Position numbers and translations under genes: made by a program
Notes under the pieces: generated by a model
Databases searched by the model: none
What the model was told of the DNA's origin: nothing
The model's input: only the letters and a program-made list of their open reading frames with translations
Source: an uncultured bacterium
GTDB taxonomy: Bacteria; Omnitrophota; Omnitrophia; Omnitrophales; Aquincolibacteriaceae
Reading direction: 5' to 3'
DNA: 64,000 nucleotides
Assembly (NCBI GenBank): GCA_964482725.1
Contig: CAYZYT010000001.1
Coordinates: forward strand, 186,061-250,060
Shown: positions 46,264-56,435 of the stretch, piece by piece
Numbering within the stretch: position 1 is the first letter of the stretch
Layout of the letters: each line of letters begins with the position of its first letter

Positions 46264-48804
46264 TTAAAAACTACGGCTCAAACTAAATTCAAAACGTCCG
46301 TTTTTGTTTTTGGTATCCCGGTTCGAAATGGGAAGACCATAATAAAAAGCCAAAGGCCCGATCGGTGTCTTGACCTTGATCCCGGGGCCGACGCTCACGG
46401 CGAATTTCCCGAAATCGATATTGTAAGAATCCTTGCTAACATTACCCGCGTCAATAAAAAACACCCCGCGGAATGCGTCAAGATACGGCAGCGGAAAAGT
46501 GTAGTCCAGGTTCACGATGGCCATGGTCTGACCGCCCACAGCTTCCCCGCCCTCCTGAGGCCCCACGCGACGGTAATTGAAACCACGCACGGTGCCGAGA
46601 CCGCCCGCAAAGAATCGGTCGTAGGCGGGGGTCGTCGAAGTTTTCCCGAAGGATTGCGCGGAAGCCAAACGGGCCTGAAATTCGATCTGATGCTTTTTAT
46701 GGAACGTAAGATATTCCGTGTACCCGGATCTCAGGATATAATACTCCTGGTCGCCTCCAAGGAAACTCCCGATCAGCTCACCGGCAAGATTGATCACGCG
46801 CCCCTTGGTGGGGTTGAACACATTGTCACGATTGTCAAAAGTCGTGAACGCGCGAAGTCTTGAGAGCCAATCCGGTCCTTCAAACTCCGTGACAGAAACA
46901 GGCGCGCTGCTCGAGACGTCCCGAAGTTCCACACGTTCCAACGTATACCCGCCGCCCGCCCGGAGGACATCTTTAAAGAGGCGTGACAACGTCGTGGAAG
47001 CCCCCATTCGCCGCTGACCAAAATCGGTGTTCTTATTGTCTTGGGAAGTGGCAAAGAGATTTGTGCCCCAGGAAATCGGTTTATTGAAAAGGTACGGCTC
47101 CACGAAGCTGACGTCATATTCCTGATTGATCGTTCCCATTTGCCCGCGGATCGAAAGCGACTGCCCGCCGCCCGTGAAACGGGGCCAGTTGAGGATATCG
47201 AAATTCCTCTGGGAGATCTCGGCAAAACCCATGAAGGTATCAATGGAACTGACACCGCCCCCGAAGGAAAGTTCCCCGGTGCGTTTTTCTTTCACTCGGA
47301 AAATGAGGTCCTTGCGGTTCGCCCCGGCGTCCGTGGGTTCGGTATCATACGTGATCTCTTCAAAATAGTTCAGATTCTGGAGACGCTCCTTGGACTTCTC
47401 GATCTTCTTGCCGTCAAAGCGCTCGCCCGGTCGAATGCGTAGTTCGCGACGAATGACCTTGTCACGGGTCTTGGTGTTCCCGCGGATCTGGACCTTCTCG
47501 ACAAAATAGAGGTCCCCTTCTTGGATCTCGTACATGATATCCACTTTACCGCTATCGCGATTCAGTTTTACGTCAGGCACCACGCGAGCTTCAATATAGC
47601 CTTCACTGGCGTAGAACTGACGTATCTTTTCAATATCCTGAGCGACGTAGAATTGAGAATAGGTCAGGCCGGGGAGCATTTCAAGCTGCTGCCAAAGTTC
47701 GGACTCGGGGAAAATCGTGTTCCCTTTGAACTTGATCTCGCCGGTGAGATAGTGTTGCCCCTCATCAATCTTGATCAGGATCTTGATCGTGTTCTGGTCC
47801 TTGTTATAATCGAATTCGGGAAGCACCTTGACGTCCAGATAACCTTCTTTCTGGTAGAAAAAGCTGATCTTCTCAAGGTCTTTCTCAAAGTCACCCTCCT
47901 TGAATGTCCCGAAGAGGAACCACTTCTTTTCTTTCGTCTTCATGAGCCTTTGAAGCTGCTTGACCTTGAAGGCTTGCACCCCTTCAAAAGAGATCTTGGT
48001 GATCTTAAACTTTTTCCCCTCGAAGACCTTGATCGTAATCACAGCCTCTTTGGTCTGAGGATCCACGTTCACCGTCGTCTGAAGATCTACGAACCGGAAG
48101 CCCTTGTCCGCGTAAAGCTTGCGGATCTCTTCTTCGCCCTTTTTGACGGCCTTGCGATCCAGGATCTGCCCTTCGATCACGCCAAGCGTCTTGCGGAGCT
48201 TATCTTCTTTAAAGGAAGTGGCCCCTTCGATCGTAATCTGCTTAACGATCGGCTTCTCCTCCACCTCCACGATCAATTTATACCCTTCAGGGAGTTCTTC
48301 CACCTCGAGCTTCACATCCTCAAAAAATCCAGTCGCATAGAGCCGTTTGATATCCTCGTTAACGGTCTGCTGCTTGAGAGCAAGACCCTGCTTCGTTTGG
48401 ATCTTACTTAAAATAGTATTCGTGCTCACGATGCGATTCCCACGAACATCCATCGCCACGACTGTTTTGGGCGTTGGCTGGGGCTCCGGAGCGGAAGCCG
48501 CGGGTTGGGAATTAGAACTTGAAGCGAGAGCCTCGGGCGCTGCAACCGGAGCCACCTCTTCCTTCGTATCGGAGGGAACTGTCTCAGCCGCCGGTGGGAC
48601 AGCAGGACTTGAAACAGAAGACTCTGTCGCTGGAGCCCCTGCAGAGGGGGCTGTCGCATTTTCATTCGCAGGTGCCGAGGCCGTTGCCGAAGAAGCCCCA
48701 ACAGCCTCAGGCATTGTTTTCTCAGCCGCATCTTCGGCAAGAACCGGAAAAGCATGGAACGCGCAAAAAGATATCCCTAAAAAAAGCACTATCAAACGCT
48801 TCAT
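46264..48804 (-). CDS. bamA: Outer membrane protein assembly factor BamA. A roughly 100-aa Ala/Pro/Ser-rich low-complexity linker follows the signal peptide.
   Basis: POTRA repeats and a C-terminal Omp85 barrel ending RFEFSLSRSF. Confidence 0.9.
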   Translation of the reverse strand: MKRLIVLFLGISFCAFHAFPVLAEDAAEKTMPEAVGASSATASAPANENATAPSAGAPATESSVSSPAVPPAAETVPSDTKEEVAPVAAPEALASSSNSQPAASAPEPQPTPKTVVAMDVRGNRIVSTNTILSKIQTKQGLALKQQTVNEDIKRLYATGFFEDVKLEVEELPEGYKLIVEVEEKPIVKQITIEGATSFKEDKLRKTLGVIEGQILDRKAVKKGEEEIRKLYADKGFRFVDLQTTVNVDPQTKEAVITIKVFEGKKFKITKISFEGVQAFKVKQLQRLMKTKEKKWFLFGTFKEGDFEKDLEKISFFYQKEGYLDVKVLPEFDYNKDQNTIKILIKIDEGQHYLTGEIKFKGNTIFPESELWQQLEMLPGLTYSQFYVAQDIEKIRQFYASEGYIEARVVPDVKLNRDSGKVDIMYEIQEGDLYFVEKVQIRGNTKTRDKVIRRELRIRPGERFDGKKIEKSKERLQNLNYFEEITYDTEPTDAGANRKDLIFRVKEKRTGELSFGGGVSSIDTFMGFAEISQRNFDILNWPRFTGGGQSLSIRGQMGTINQEYDVSFVEPYLFNKPISWGTNLFATSQDNKNTDFGQRRMGASTTLSRLFKDVLRAGGGYTLERVELRDVSSSAPVSVTEFEGPDWLSRLRAFTTFDNRDNVFNPTKGRVINLAGELIGSFLGGDQEYYILRSGYTEYLTFHKKHQIEFQARLASAQSFGKTSTTPAYDRFFAGGLGTVRGFNYRRVGPQEGGEAVGGQTMAIVNLDYTFPLPYLDAFRGVFFIDAGNVSKDSYNIDFGKFAVSVGPGIKVKTPIGPLAFYYGLPISNRDTKNKNGRFEFSLSRSF

Positions 48805-50165
48805 GCAGATTCCTCCGATCTGAAAAATTCGGGATTATCGAAACGCGTCCATTCTTTGAGAAACACCAGCGGGATCACCCCCGTGGGGCCGTTGCGCTGT
48901 TTCGCAATGATCGCCTCGGCCTTGTTCTTGTTCTCTTCAGATGGCTGATAATACTCTTCTCGGAAAAGAAATACAACCACGTCCGCATCCTGTTCGATGG
49001 CTCCGGACTCACGAAGATCGGAAAGTTGAGGACGATTACCGGTTCTTGACTCCACCGCGCGGGAAAGCTGGCTCACCGCGATAACGGGAACCCGGATCTC
49101 GCGCGCAAGAGCCTTAAGGGATCTGGAAATTTCGGAGATCTCCTGCTGACGGTTCTCAGAGGACTTCGACCCCTGCATGAGCTGTAAATAATCGATTACG
49201 ATCAGCGAAATATCGTGCTTCATTTTGAGACGGCGGGCCTTGGCACGGATCTCGAGCACGGTCTGGCCCGGCGAATCGTCGATAAAGATCGGAGCCTCGG
49301 AGAGTTTCCCGGCAGCGTTTGTCAGCTTCGGCCAATCCTGATGAGAAAGATACCCCGTACGAACTTTTTGCGCGTCCACACGCGCGTGAGAGCAGAGCAT
49401 CCTCTGCACAAGTTGCTCTTTGCTCATTTCAAGCGAAAAAATAACCACGGGTTTCTTCAGGTTGATGCCCGCGTGCTCGCAAATCGCGGTAGCAAAAGCG
49501 GATTTCCCCATCGAGGGACGGCCGGCCACGATCACCAGGTCCGAAGGCTGCAGCCCGGCTGTCTTCATATCAAATTCGTGAAAGCCGGTCGCAATGCCGG
49601 TAATGTGTTCTTTGCGCTGGAAAAGCTGGTCGATCGTTTCCATGCTCTCATGAATGATGTCCTTGATCTGGACGGTCTTATTTTCGATCTGGGATTGTCC
49701 GATATCAAAGATCATTTTCTCCGCGCTATCGATCATCTCACGGGCGTTCCCTTCGGCCTCCAGGCTGTTCTGAACGATCTGCGTCCCCGATTGGATAAGC
49801 TTGCGAAGAAGGGCTTTGTCTTTGACGATCCTGGCGTAATGCTCAATGTTCGCCGCAGTCGGAACGATCGTGGTCAATTGTGTGAGGTAGCTGATCCCGC
49901 CCAGGTCCTCAAGCTGCTTGCGTTTCTTGAGCTCTTCGGAGACCGTAATGAGATCCACAGGGTGATTGCGGGAAAAAAGAGTCGTCATCGCACTAAAAAT
50001 GTTTTGATGACGTTGATCGTAGAAAAAATCAGGGGTCAAGACTTCGATGGCTTTTGCGAGTGCGATCTCGTCAAAAAACATCGCACCCAGAACGCTCATT
50101 TCAGCTTCGCGATTCTGGGGCGGAAGTTTTTCGTAAAGATTGACCGTTGTCTTCAGTTCAACCAC
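48801..50165 (-). CDS. dnaB: Replicative DNA helicase.
   Basis: N-terminal DnaB domain, then a RecA-like domain with Walker A GRPSMGKSAFA. Confidence 0.9.
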   Translation of the reverse strand: MVELKTTVNLYEKLPPQNREAEMSVLGAMFFDEIALAKAIEVLTPDFFYDQRHQNIFSAMTTLFSRNHPVDLITVSEELKKRKQLEDLGGISYLTQLTTIVPTAANIEHYARIVKDKALLRKLIQSGTQIVQNSLEAEGNAREMIDSAEKMIFDIGQSQIENKTVQIKDIIHESMETIDQLFQRKEHITGIATGFHEFDMKTAGLQPSDLVIVAGRPSMGKSAFATAICEHAGINLKKPVVIFSLEMSKEQLVQRMLCSHARVDAQKVRTGYLSHQDWPKLTNAAGKLSEAPIFIDDSPGQTVLEIRAKARRLKMKHDISLIVIDYLQLMQGSKSSENRQQEISEISRSLKALAREIRVPVIAVSQLSRAVESRTGNRPQLSDLRESGAIEQDADVVVFLFREEYYQPSEENKNKAEAIIAKQRNGPTGVIPLVFLKEWTRFDNPEFFRSEESA

Positions 50166-50323
50166 AAATGGCCTCTAAAGAGGTTTAAGACGTTCGCCCA
50201 ATTCCCCTTCGTCTTTTCTTGAAAGAGGAACTGGACTACCCAAGTCTTCTTGTTTCAATTCCACATCGGCTGACTTAGACCGCCCCAATCTCCACCGTGT
50301 AAAAAGGATGTTTTCTGGGGCGG

Positions 50324-50367
50324 TCCTGATTACCCGTTGATCTGTAATTAATGAGAATCTGGGCCGC
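50324..50367 (-). repeat. Family F4 element, copy 2 (minus strand: GGCCCAGATTCTCATTAATTACAGATCAACGGGTAATCAGGACC). It overlaps the rplI stop codon.
   Basis: The rplI terminal codons CAT TAA lie inside CTCATTAA. The element sits upstream of dnaB. Confidence 0.55.
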
Positions 50368-50803
50368 GAACAAGTTCGACCGTCAGACGCGTCTTGACCT
50401 GCGGGTAGATCTCAAGATCGACCTGGTGCGTGCCGAGGGTCTTTAGCGGATCCTTGATCCGGACCTGTTTTTTCTCGAAGCTGTGCCCTTGCTTTTCAAG
50501 CGCCACGCGGAGATCTTCCGCCGTCACAGAGCCATAAAGCTTGTCACCTTCACCCGCACGAACCTCGAGCGTGATCGTAAGATCCTTCATCTCTTTAGCG
50601 CGTTTCTCCGCAGCCTCTTTTTCTTTGGCTTTTCGGACCACGTTGCGAGCGCGCTTTTCTGCGAAGAATTGCTTGTTAGCGCGGGTCGCCGGGATCGCAA
50701 GCTCCTGAGGCATCAAGAAATTTCTTGCGAATCCGTCACGCACACGCACAACATCGCCTTTTTTGCCAACGTCGACTACATCTTTCAAAAGCAATAACTC
50801 CAT
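50348..50803 (-). CDS. rplI: 50S ribosomal protein L9.
   Basis: Full-length L9 homology. Confidence 0.9.
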   Translation of the reverse strand: MELLLLKDVVDVGKKGDVVRVRDGFARNFLMPQELAIPATRANKQFFAEKRARNVVRKAKEKEAAEKRAKEMKDLTITLEVRAGEGDKLYGSVTAEDLRVALEKQGHSFEKKQVRIKDPLKTLGTHQVDLEIYPQVKTRLTVELVRGPDSH

Positions 50804-50846
50804 GGATCAATTCCTCTTTTTTCTTTTTTTAAAATGGCCCCGGCGA

Positions 50847-51167
50847 TCAGTTCGCCTGGAATGCTAAAAGCCCCGAGTGGCGTGACTTTTTAATGAGACG
50901 TGTGAGCGTCCGCTGGTCCTTAGAGCTCAAACGCGTGATACGCCGCGGCAGGATCTTGCCTTTCTCGGTAATGTATTTCCCGAGAGCTTCCACATCTTTG
51001 TAATCCATGAGCGGCAGGACGCGACGCATACGCTTGCGCACGGGCCGGGAAGGACTCCGGCTCGGAGAACCATAACCCTTTTCGCCTTTTTTGGGACCAC
51101 GCGCATTCTTATCAAAAGGCTTTTTCTTTTCGAATTTTCCAAACTTTGAAGAAGATCTCGGTTTCAT
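50847..51167 (-). CDS. rpsR: 30S ribosomal protein S18 (with a basic N-terminal extension).
   Basis: [19 protein letters not shown]18 core. Confidence 0.85.
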   Translation of the reverse strand: MKPRSSSKFGKFEKKKPFDKNARGPKKGEKGYGSPSRSPSRPVRKRMRRVLPLMDYKDVEALGKYITEKGKILPRRITRLSSKDQRTLTRLIKKSRHSGLLAFQAN

Positions 51168-51187
51168 ATTTTTTACACCTGGCTGAT

Positions 51188-51673
51188 TTAGAAGGGAATT
51201 TCTTCGTCGGGTTTAAGTTCGTCCTTTGAAAGGGAGACGGAATCCTTTTTGGAAGGCATGCCGCCCTCCGGGGCTTCAAAAATACTGTCATCCACATCCA
51301 TGACCGGGACATCCGCTCCCTCGCCCTTCCCGCCTCCGGGCTTCGAGCCGAGGAACTGGACGTTGTCGGCAACCACTTCGGTGGAATATCGTTTATTACC
51401 ATCCGGGCCATCCCAACTTCGTGTCTGAATTCTTCCCTCCACAAAAACGGGGCGGCCTTTTTTTAAATATTCATTGCAGATCTCGGCAAGACGCGCCCAA
51501 ACCACGATCCGGATAAAACAGACTTCTTCTTTTTTTTCCCCCGCCTTGGAATTGTACGTGCGGTTGACAGCGATCGTAAACGTCGTCACGGCCTGTCCCG
51601 AAGGGATATACCGAAGTTCCGGATCCCGAGTAAGATTCCCGATCAACATGACTTTATTCAAACTTACGGCCAT
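51188..51673 (-). CDS. ssb: Single-stranded DNA-binding protein.
   Basis: OB fold and the acidic tail DEEIPF. Confidence 0.9.
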   Translation of the reverse strand: MAVSLNKVMLIGNLTRDPELRYIPSGQAVTTFTIAVNRTYNSKAGEKKEEVCFIRIVVWARLAEICNEYLKKGRPVFVEGRIQTRSWDGPDGNKRYSTEVVADNVQFLGSKPGGGKGEGADVPVMDVDDSIFEAPEGGMPSKKDSVSLSKDELKPDEEIPF

Positions 51674-51704
51674 AGGTCACCCGATATTTTGCACGTTGGA
51701 TTGA

Positions 51705-52046
51705 TTATGCCTTTGGGGTCGCAGCGGGAGCACTCGGAAGAGGCGGTAACGTAGGCTTCTTCGCGGGGATGCTCACCATATATCTCAAAAGATTTTCCTG
51801 AAGTTCCAGTTCCTTGCGGAAATCCTGCGCCCGGGACGGATCCATTTCAAACTCAAAAACAAAAGTTCTGCCGTCTTTGTATTTTCGGATCATATGTCCG
51901 AGCGCCTTTTTCCCGAGATCGGTCTTCTGAATCACTTTCCCCTGAAACTTCTCGATCCACTTCACAACCTCTGAGGCAGGATCCTTGTGCCCCTCCCCCG
52001 TAATCTCCGGCGGAAAAATAAACAAACCTTCGTATTTTTTCATCAC
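51705..52046 (-). CDS. rpsF: 30S ribosomal protein S6.
   Basis: S6 homology. First gene of the rpsF-ssb-rpsR-rplI-dnaB array. Confidence 0.9.
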   Translation of the reverse strand: MMKKYEGLFIFPPEITGEGHKDPASEVVKWIEKFQGKVIQKTDLGKKALGHMIRKYKDGRTFVFEFEMDPSRAQDFRKELELQENLLRYMVSIPAKKPTLPPLPSAPAATPKA

Positions 52047-52472
52047 ACACTCCCTCGGCGTCTAGCACCGTTCTCCATATATTTTAAATGGTTGAACGGT
52101 ACAGCACTGCGAACCTTTTCAAATCAACCGCAACGCAGTGCTAGATTAAAATGATAACTCTTCCCGTAAGTTTCATAAACAGAAGCTACAGAAGCAGTTA
52201 TGAAGTTTTTAGGCCTTCGAAAAGGCTAAAAGAGGAGACAATGTAACATAAATGCCGCTCTTGAGCAACCCTGACTTTTATTTTCTTTTATGGCTAGTGA
52301 GTCAGAACCTACGCGCTGCGTAGGGACTTGATTCTCATTGAATAAAAAACTTACGCGTCATCCGCACGGAACAGCCCTTACGGCTTTAAAGGCAGATCCG
52401 TGCAGTCCTAAACACTCTTTTTAAAAAGAACCAAAGATGAGAGCCGGATAGTCCAAAAGCCTATCCCTCAAA

Positions 52473-53075
52473 CTACAATTCCGCGGCATTGACCCGATTC
52501 ATCGCCTTCGCCAAAGGCTCCAGGACCCAGGAGCGGCATGCTTCCATCCCTCTTCCAAGGAGCTCTTTCATCCCCTTCTCTTCCGCGGTATTAAAAGCGG
52601 AAAGGACATAATCCCGCAGCGACGACTCAGACCCTACGGACGCTGCGTTTGTTTTGTTGTCGCGACGACCGATCCCGATCCGAAGCCTCGGATATTCACG
52701 ACTTCCAAGATGTTCTTCGATCGAGGCTAGGCCATTATGCCCGCCCGAACTTCCCTCACTTCGCAAGCGAAACTTTCCAAAAGGCAACGCAACGTCATCG
52801 ACCACGACCAAGAGCTCTTTGTTTGCCGCTATTTTCCAATATCGCACAAGCGCCGCAATCGCTTCGCCGGAAAGATTCATATAGGTCAACGGGTGCGCCA
52901 AATGGAGGGTCTCTTCATCCCATAAGATCGTCGCCAGGGCCGCCTTCTTGGATTTTTGGGAAGTGAACTTTACCCCTTCAACTCCCGCAATGAACTCCAT
53001 AAGCCGCCGCCCAACGTTATGCCGTGTGTGGGCGTATTCATCTCCGGGATTCCCAAGTCCCACGATGAGTTTCAT
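52473..53075 (-). CDS. pth: Peptidyl-tRNA hydrolase.
   Basis: Begins MKLIVGLGNPG and contains HNVG. Confidence 0.85.
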   Translation of the reverse strand: MKLIVGLGNPGDEYAHTRHNVGRRLMEFIAGVEGVKFTSQKSKKAALATILWDEETLHLAHPLTYMNLSGEAIAALVRYWKIAANKELLVVVDDVALPFGKFRLRSEGSSGGHNGLASIEEHLGSREYPRLRIGIGRRDNKTNAASVGSESSLRDYVLSAFNTAEEKGMKELLGRGMEACRSWVLEPLAKAMNRVNAAEL

Positions 53076-53204
53076 CAGAGCCCTCAATTACTGCTTGAAT
53101 ATTCATTCTAGGGGTCCTCCGAGCTGTATCGTTAGACCCATAAAAATATAAACCCGGCACAAGATCCTCCCAGGAATGTTTCCACAACTCCTGAGCGGTC
53201 GGTC

Positions 53205-53948
53205 TTACTTGCCTTCTTTCCCCGGAGCTGCGGCAGTTTTTCCTGCAGCAGGTGCGGCAGGTTTGGCTCCGGCAGGCGCGGCCTTCGCGGGAGAGCCTTC
53301 TTCGCCTTCTTTATCCTTCTTGCCCTTCTCCATCACCTCGGGCTCAGCAGCGCCCTCTTCAGCAGGCTTCACTTCCTCCTCCCGAGGAGGATGGATTGCA
53401 AGAACCACGTCCTCCGGCGAAAGCATGCACTTGATCCCCGCAGGGAGGGTCAAGTCCTTCACCTGGACGGCGTCGTTGATCTTCATGGCCTTTGTTTCGA
53501 TCTCAATCTTTTCCGGGATCTGCGTCGGCAAACACTCCACCTCGATCTCGCGATGGACCAGATCGAGCGACCCGCCCTCCTTGATACCAGGCGCCTCTTC
53601 AGGATGAAGAAGGACCACCGGCACTTTGACCTTGATCTTTTCGGTCAGCGAGATGACCATGAAATCAATGTGATCGATCTTGTCGGTGACGGGATTATTC
53701 TGGATCGCCTTGATGCGACACGTTGATTCCTTCAGCTTTACGCCTTCGACCTGAAGCGTGATCAGAACGTTGGCGCCGGCCTTGGTGTGGATCGCCTTAA
53801 GAAATGCGCGATCCGGCACTTCGATGGCAAGAGGTTTCATGCCATGGCCGTAGACCACCGCAGGAAACATTTCGTTACGACGGACCGCGCGCGCCTTGCT
53901 GGTCCCGTCCGGAGTGCGTGCCTTAGCTTGCAGTTCAAAAGTTTGCAT
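53205..53948 (-). CDS. rplY: 50S ribosomal protein L25 / general stress protein Ctc (long form).
   Basis: L25 N-terminal and beta-barrel domains, then an A/P/K/E-rich tail. Confidence 0.85.
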   Translation of the reverse strand: MQTFELQAKARTPDGTSKARAVRRNEMFPAVVYGHGMKPLAIEVPDRAFLKAIHTKAGANVLITLQVEGVKLKESTCRIKAIQNNPVTDKIDHIDFMVISLTEKIKVKVPVVLLHPEEAPGIKEGGSLDLVHREIEVECLPTQIPEKIEIETKAMKINDAVQVKDLTLPAGIKCMLSPEDVVLAIHPPREEEVKPAEEGAAEPEVMEKGKKDKEGEEGSPAKAAPAGAKPAAPAAGKTAAAPGKEGK

Positions 53949-54195
53949 TGAAAAATCCTCCCTTGCCTCGTTAGAGGCTTAATTGATTAAAACGATGACA
54001 ATGAACAAAAACTATTTGTCTTATCATCGATGAAATGGTCCCACTCTAAAATAGACCTGTAACGGGGCAAGCCCGCGCTAGAGATCCACGAATTCCAAAC
54101 AAATGGCTTTGTTAAATCCGTTCTACTTTTTAAAACAGTTAAAGTCCGTTAAATCCCTACTGGGTAAAATGCTTAACGCTCCCCCAGCATTGTTT

Positions 54196-55173
54196 TTATG
54201 CTTCAACGCCTGCGCGTGAAAAAAGGGTGCTGATCGATTCATTATAGTGGATCCGGCAAATCGCGTCCGCGAGAAGTGAAGCGATCGAAAGCTGTGTGAT
54301 CTTCTTGATCTGCTTCTCCTTGCCCATCGGGATGCTGTCCGTCACAATAAGTTCTTTGATCACGGAGTTCTGGATCCTCTCCACGGCGCTCCCGGCCAGG
54401 ACAGGATGCACAATGTTAGCATAGATGTCCAATGCGCCCGCGTTCTTGAGAGCCTTGGCGGCTTCCACGAGCGATCCCCCCGTCGAGATCATATCATCGA
54501 TAATGATGACATTTTTCCCCGCCACGGAACCGATAATGTGCATCACATGCGTCTGGGACGCGCTTTCACGGCGTTTGTCGACGATCGCAAAATCGCAATC
54601 AAAAAGTTTGGCATATCCGCGCGCCATCTTGATTCCGCCTACGTCCGGCGAAACGACCACGAGGTCCTTGATCTTTTTCTTCTTAAAATAGGTCCCCATC
54701 ACGGTGATCGAATAGAGATGGTCCACCGGGATGTCGAAAAATCCCTGGATCTGCCCCGCGTGAAGGTCCATCGTCAGCACCCGGTTCGCGCCGGCGCTCA
54801 CGATCAGGTTTGCCACAAGCTTCGCGGTGATCGGAACGCGCGGTTTGTCTTTGCGGTCCTGACGGGCATAGCCAAAGAACGGCAGCACGGCCGTGATCCG
54901 CTTGGCCGAGGCACGGCGCGCGGCATCGATCAGGATCAAAAGCTCCATCAAACTTTCATTGGGAGGCGTGCAGGTCGGCTGGACGATAAAAACATCCTTC
55001 CCCCGGATATTATCGCGGATCTGGAGTTGAATCTCCCCCTCCGGAAATCGGCCGAGCATCACATCCCCGAGAGGAATGCCGAGATGCTTCGCAATCGCTT
55101 TGGCGAGCTCCGGATGAGAGCTCCCTGTCAAAAGGACCATATCGCCACTGTGCTTCTTCTTCATTTTCGTCAT
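54196..55173 (-). CDS. prs: Ribose-phosphate pyrophosphokinase.
   Basis: PRPP synthetase motifs (VDHLY, DLHAGQIQGFF, PRPP-binding loop). Confidence 0.9.
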   Translation of the reverse strand: MTKMKKKHSGDMVLLTGSSHPELAKAIAKHLGIPLGDVMLGRFPEGEIQLQIRDNIRGKDVFIVQPTCTPPNESLMELLILIDAARRASAKRITAVLPFFGYARQDRKDKPRVPITAKLVANLIVSAGANRVLTMDLHAGQIQGFFDIPVDHLYSITVMGTYFKKKKIKDLVVVSPDVGGIKMARGYAKLFDCDFAIVDKRRESASQTHVMHIIGSVAGKNVIIIDDMISTGGSLVEAAKALKNAGALDIYANIVHPVLAGSAVERIQNSVIKELIVTDSIPMGKEKQIKKITQLSIASLLADAICRIHYNESISTLFSRAGVEA

Positions 55174-55182
55174 AAGGACACC

Positions 55183-56433
55183 TTACCTTTTCTTCTTTGA
55201 GATGGGCCGCGCGGGAACGCCGACGACCACATCGCCTTTTTTAATTTTTGTCTTCGGGATCACCACCGACCCCGCACCGGTCTTCGCCCCGTCCGGGATC
55301 CGGACAGGCGCCACGAAAACCGTATTGGACCCGACCATCACGTTCTTTCCGATTACCGTGGAATGCTTTTTATTTCCGTCAAAATTAGCCGTGATGGTCC
55401 CAGCCCCGATATTCACGCCGTCACCAATGACGGCATCCCCCAAATAGGTCAAGTGCTTGGCCGAAACCTTTTTTCCGAGACGGCTCCGGTTCACTTCCAC
55501 GAAACTTCCGATCACCGAACTGTCCCCGATCACCGTGCCGCGGCGAAGTTTTGCGAATGGCCCGATCTCACAATTCGCACCGATCTCGACAGCCGCCTCG
55601 ATAAAACACCACGGATAGATCGTGGTGCCTTTGCCGATCTTCACGCCCGGAGCGACAAAGGTTTGATCCGGCGCCATGAACGTCACGCCTTTTTCCTGAT
55701 GCTTCGCGATCTCCCGCTCATTGATCTTTTTTGTCACGGTGGCCAGATCTTTCTGGGAATTGATCCCTTGCCCTTCTTCCGCGCTCGCTAAGAGGAACGC
55801 CTCCACACAATATCCTTCACGCCGGAGAATTTCAATGGTGTCGGTCAGATAATACTCGCCCTTTTGATTCCCCCGCCCGACCTTCTCCAGAGATTCAAAC
55901 AAAACTTTTTTATCAAAAAGATAAATCCCCGTGTTCACTTCCCGGAGCGTACGCTCCTCCGGAGTAGCATCCAGCTCTTCGCGGATCGCCGCGAAACGGC
56001 CTTCGTCCCGCACGATCCTCCCATATCCGGTCGGATCTTCTTGGTCACAGGAGAGCACGCTGACGTGGGCCTGCGATTTTTTGTGCGCCGCCAAAAATTT
56101 CTCGAGCGTCTCCGACTTCACGAGAGGCATATCGCCCGGCCAGATCAACACAGGGCCCTGCGCAGCCTTAAGCGCCGTTTGAGCCATCATCACTGCATGA
56201 CCGGTCCCTTTTTGCTCGCTCTGAAGCACCGGGATCGCACCAAACGCCTTGGAAAAAGAACGCACAGCATCGGCTTGATGACCCACGACCACATAAAGAT
56301 CTTTCATGCCGGCCCCGGCCAACACTTCAAGCACATAGCCGAGCACGGGCTTGCCGAACACCGGTTGAAGGACCTTCGGCAATTCCGAACACATCCGCGT
56401 CCCTTTTCCTGCGGCGAGTACTATCGCTTCCAT
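55183..56433 (-). CDS. glmU: Bifunctional GlcNAc-1-P uridyltransferase / GlcN-1-P acetyltransferase.
   Basis: N-terminal nucleotidyltransferase (LAAGKGTRM) plus a C-terminal left-handed beta-helix. Confidence 0.85.
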   Translation of the reverse strand: MEAIVLAAGKGTRMCSELPKVLQPVFGKPVLGYVLEVLAGAGMKDLYVVVGHQADAVRSFSKAFGAIPVLQSEQKGTGHAVMMAQTALKAAQGPVLIWPGDMPLVKSETLEKFLAAHKKSQAHVSVLSCDQEDPTGYGRIVRDEGRFAAIREELDATPEERTLREVNTGIYLFDKKVLFESLEKVGRGNQKGEYYLTDTIEILRREGYCVEAFLLASAEEGQGINSQKDLATVTKKINEREIAKHQEKGVTFMAPDQTFVAPGVKIGKGTTIYPWCFIEAAVEIGANCEIGPFAKLRRGTVIGDSSVIGSFVEVNRSRLGKKVSAKHLTYLGDAVIGDGVNIGAGTITANFDGNKKHSTVIGKNVMVGSNTVFVAPVRIPDGAKTGAGSVVIPKTKIKKGDVVVGVPARPISKKKR

Positions 56434-56435
56434 CT

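Noticed and set aside
48480-48740. BamA N-terminal Ala/Pro/Ser-rich linker as another inserted repeat element
   Set aside because: The DNA shows no palindrome or tandem periodicity comparable to the valS and gatB elements. It looks like an ordinary low-complexity linker.
53949-54195. Possible tRNA or small RNA in the 245-bp prs-rplY spacer
   Set aside because: No cloverleaf-compatible segment was found: no GTTCRANYC T-loop with matching acceptor arms.
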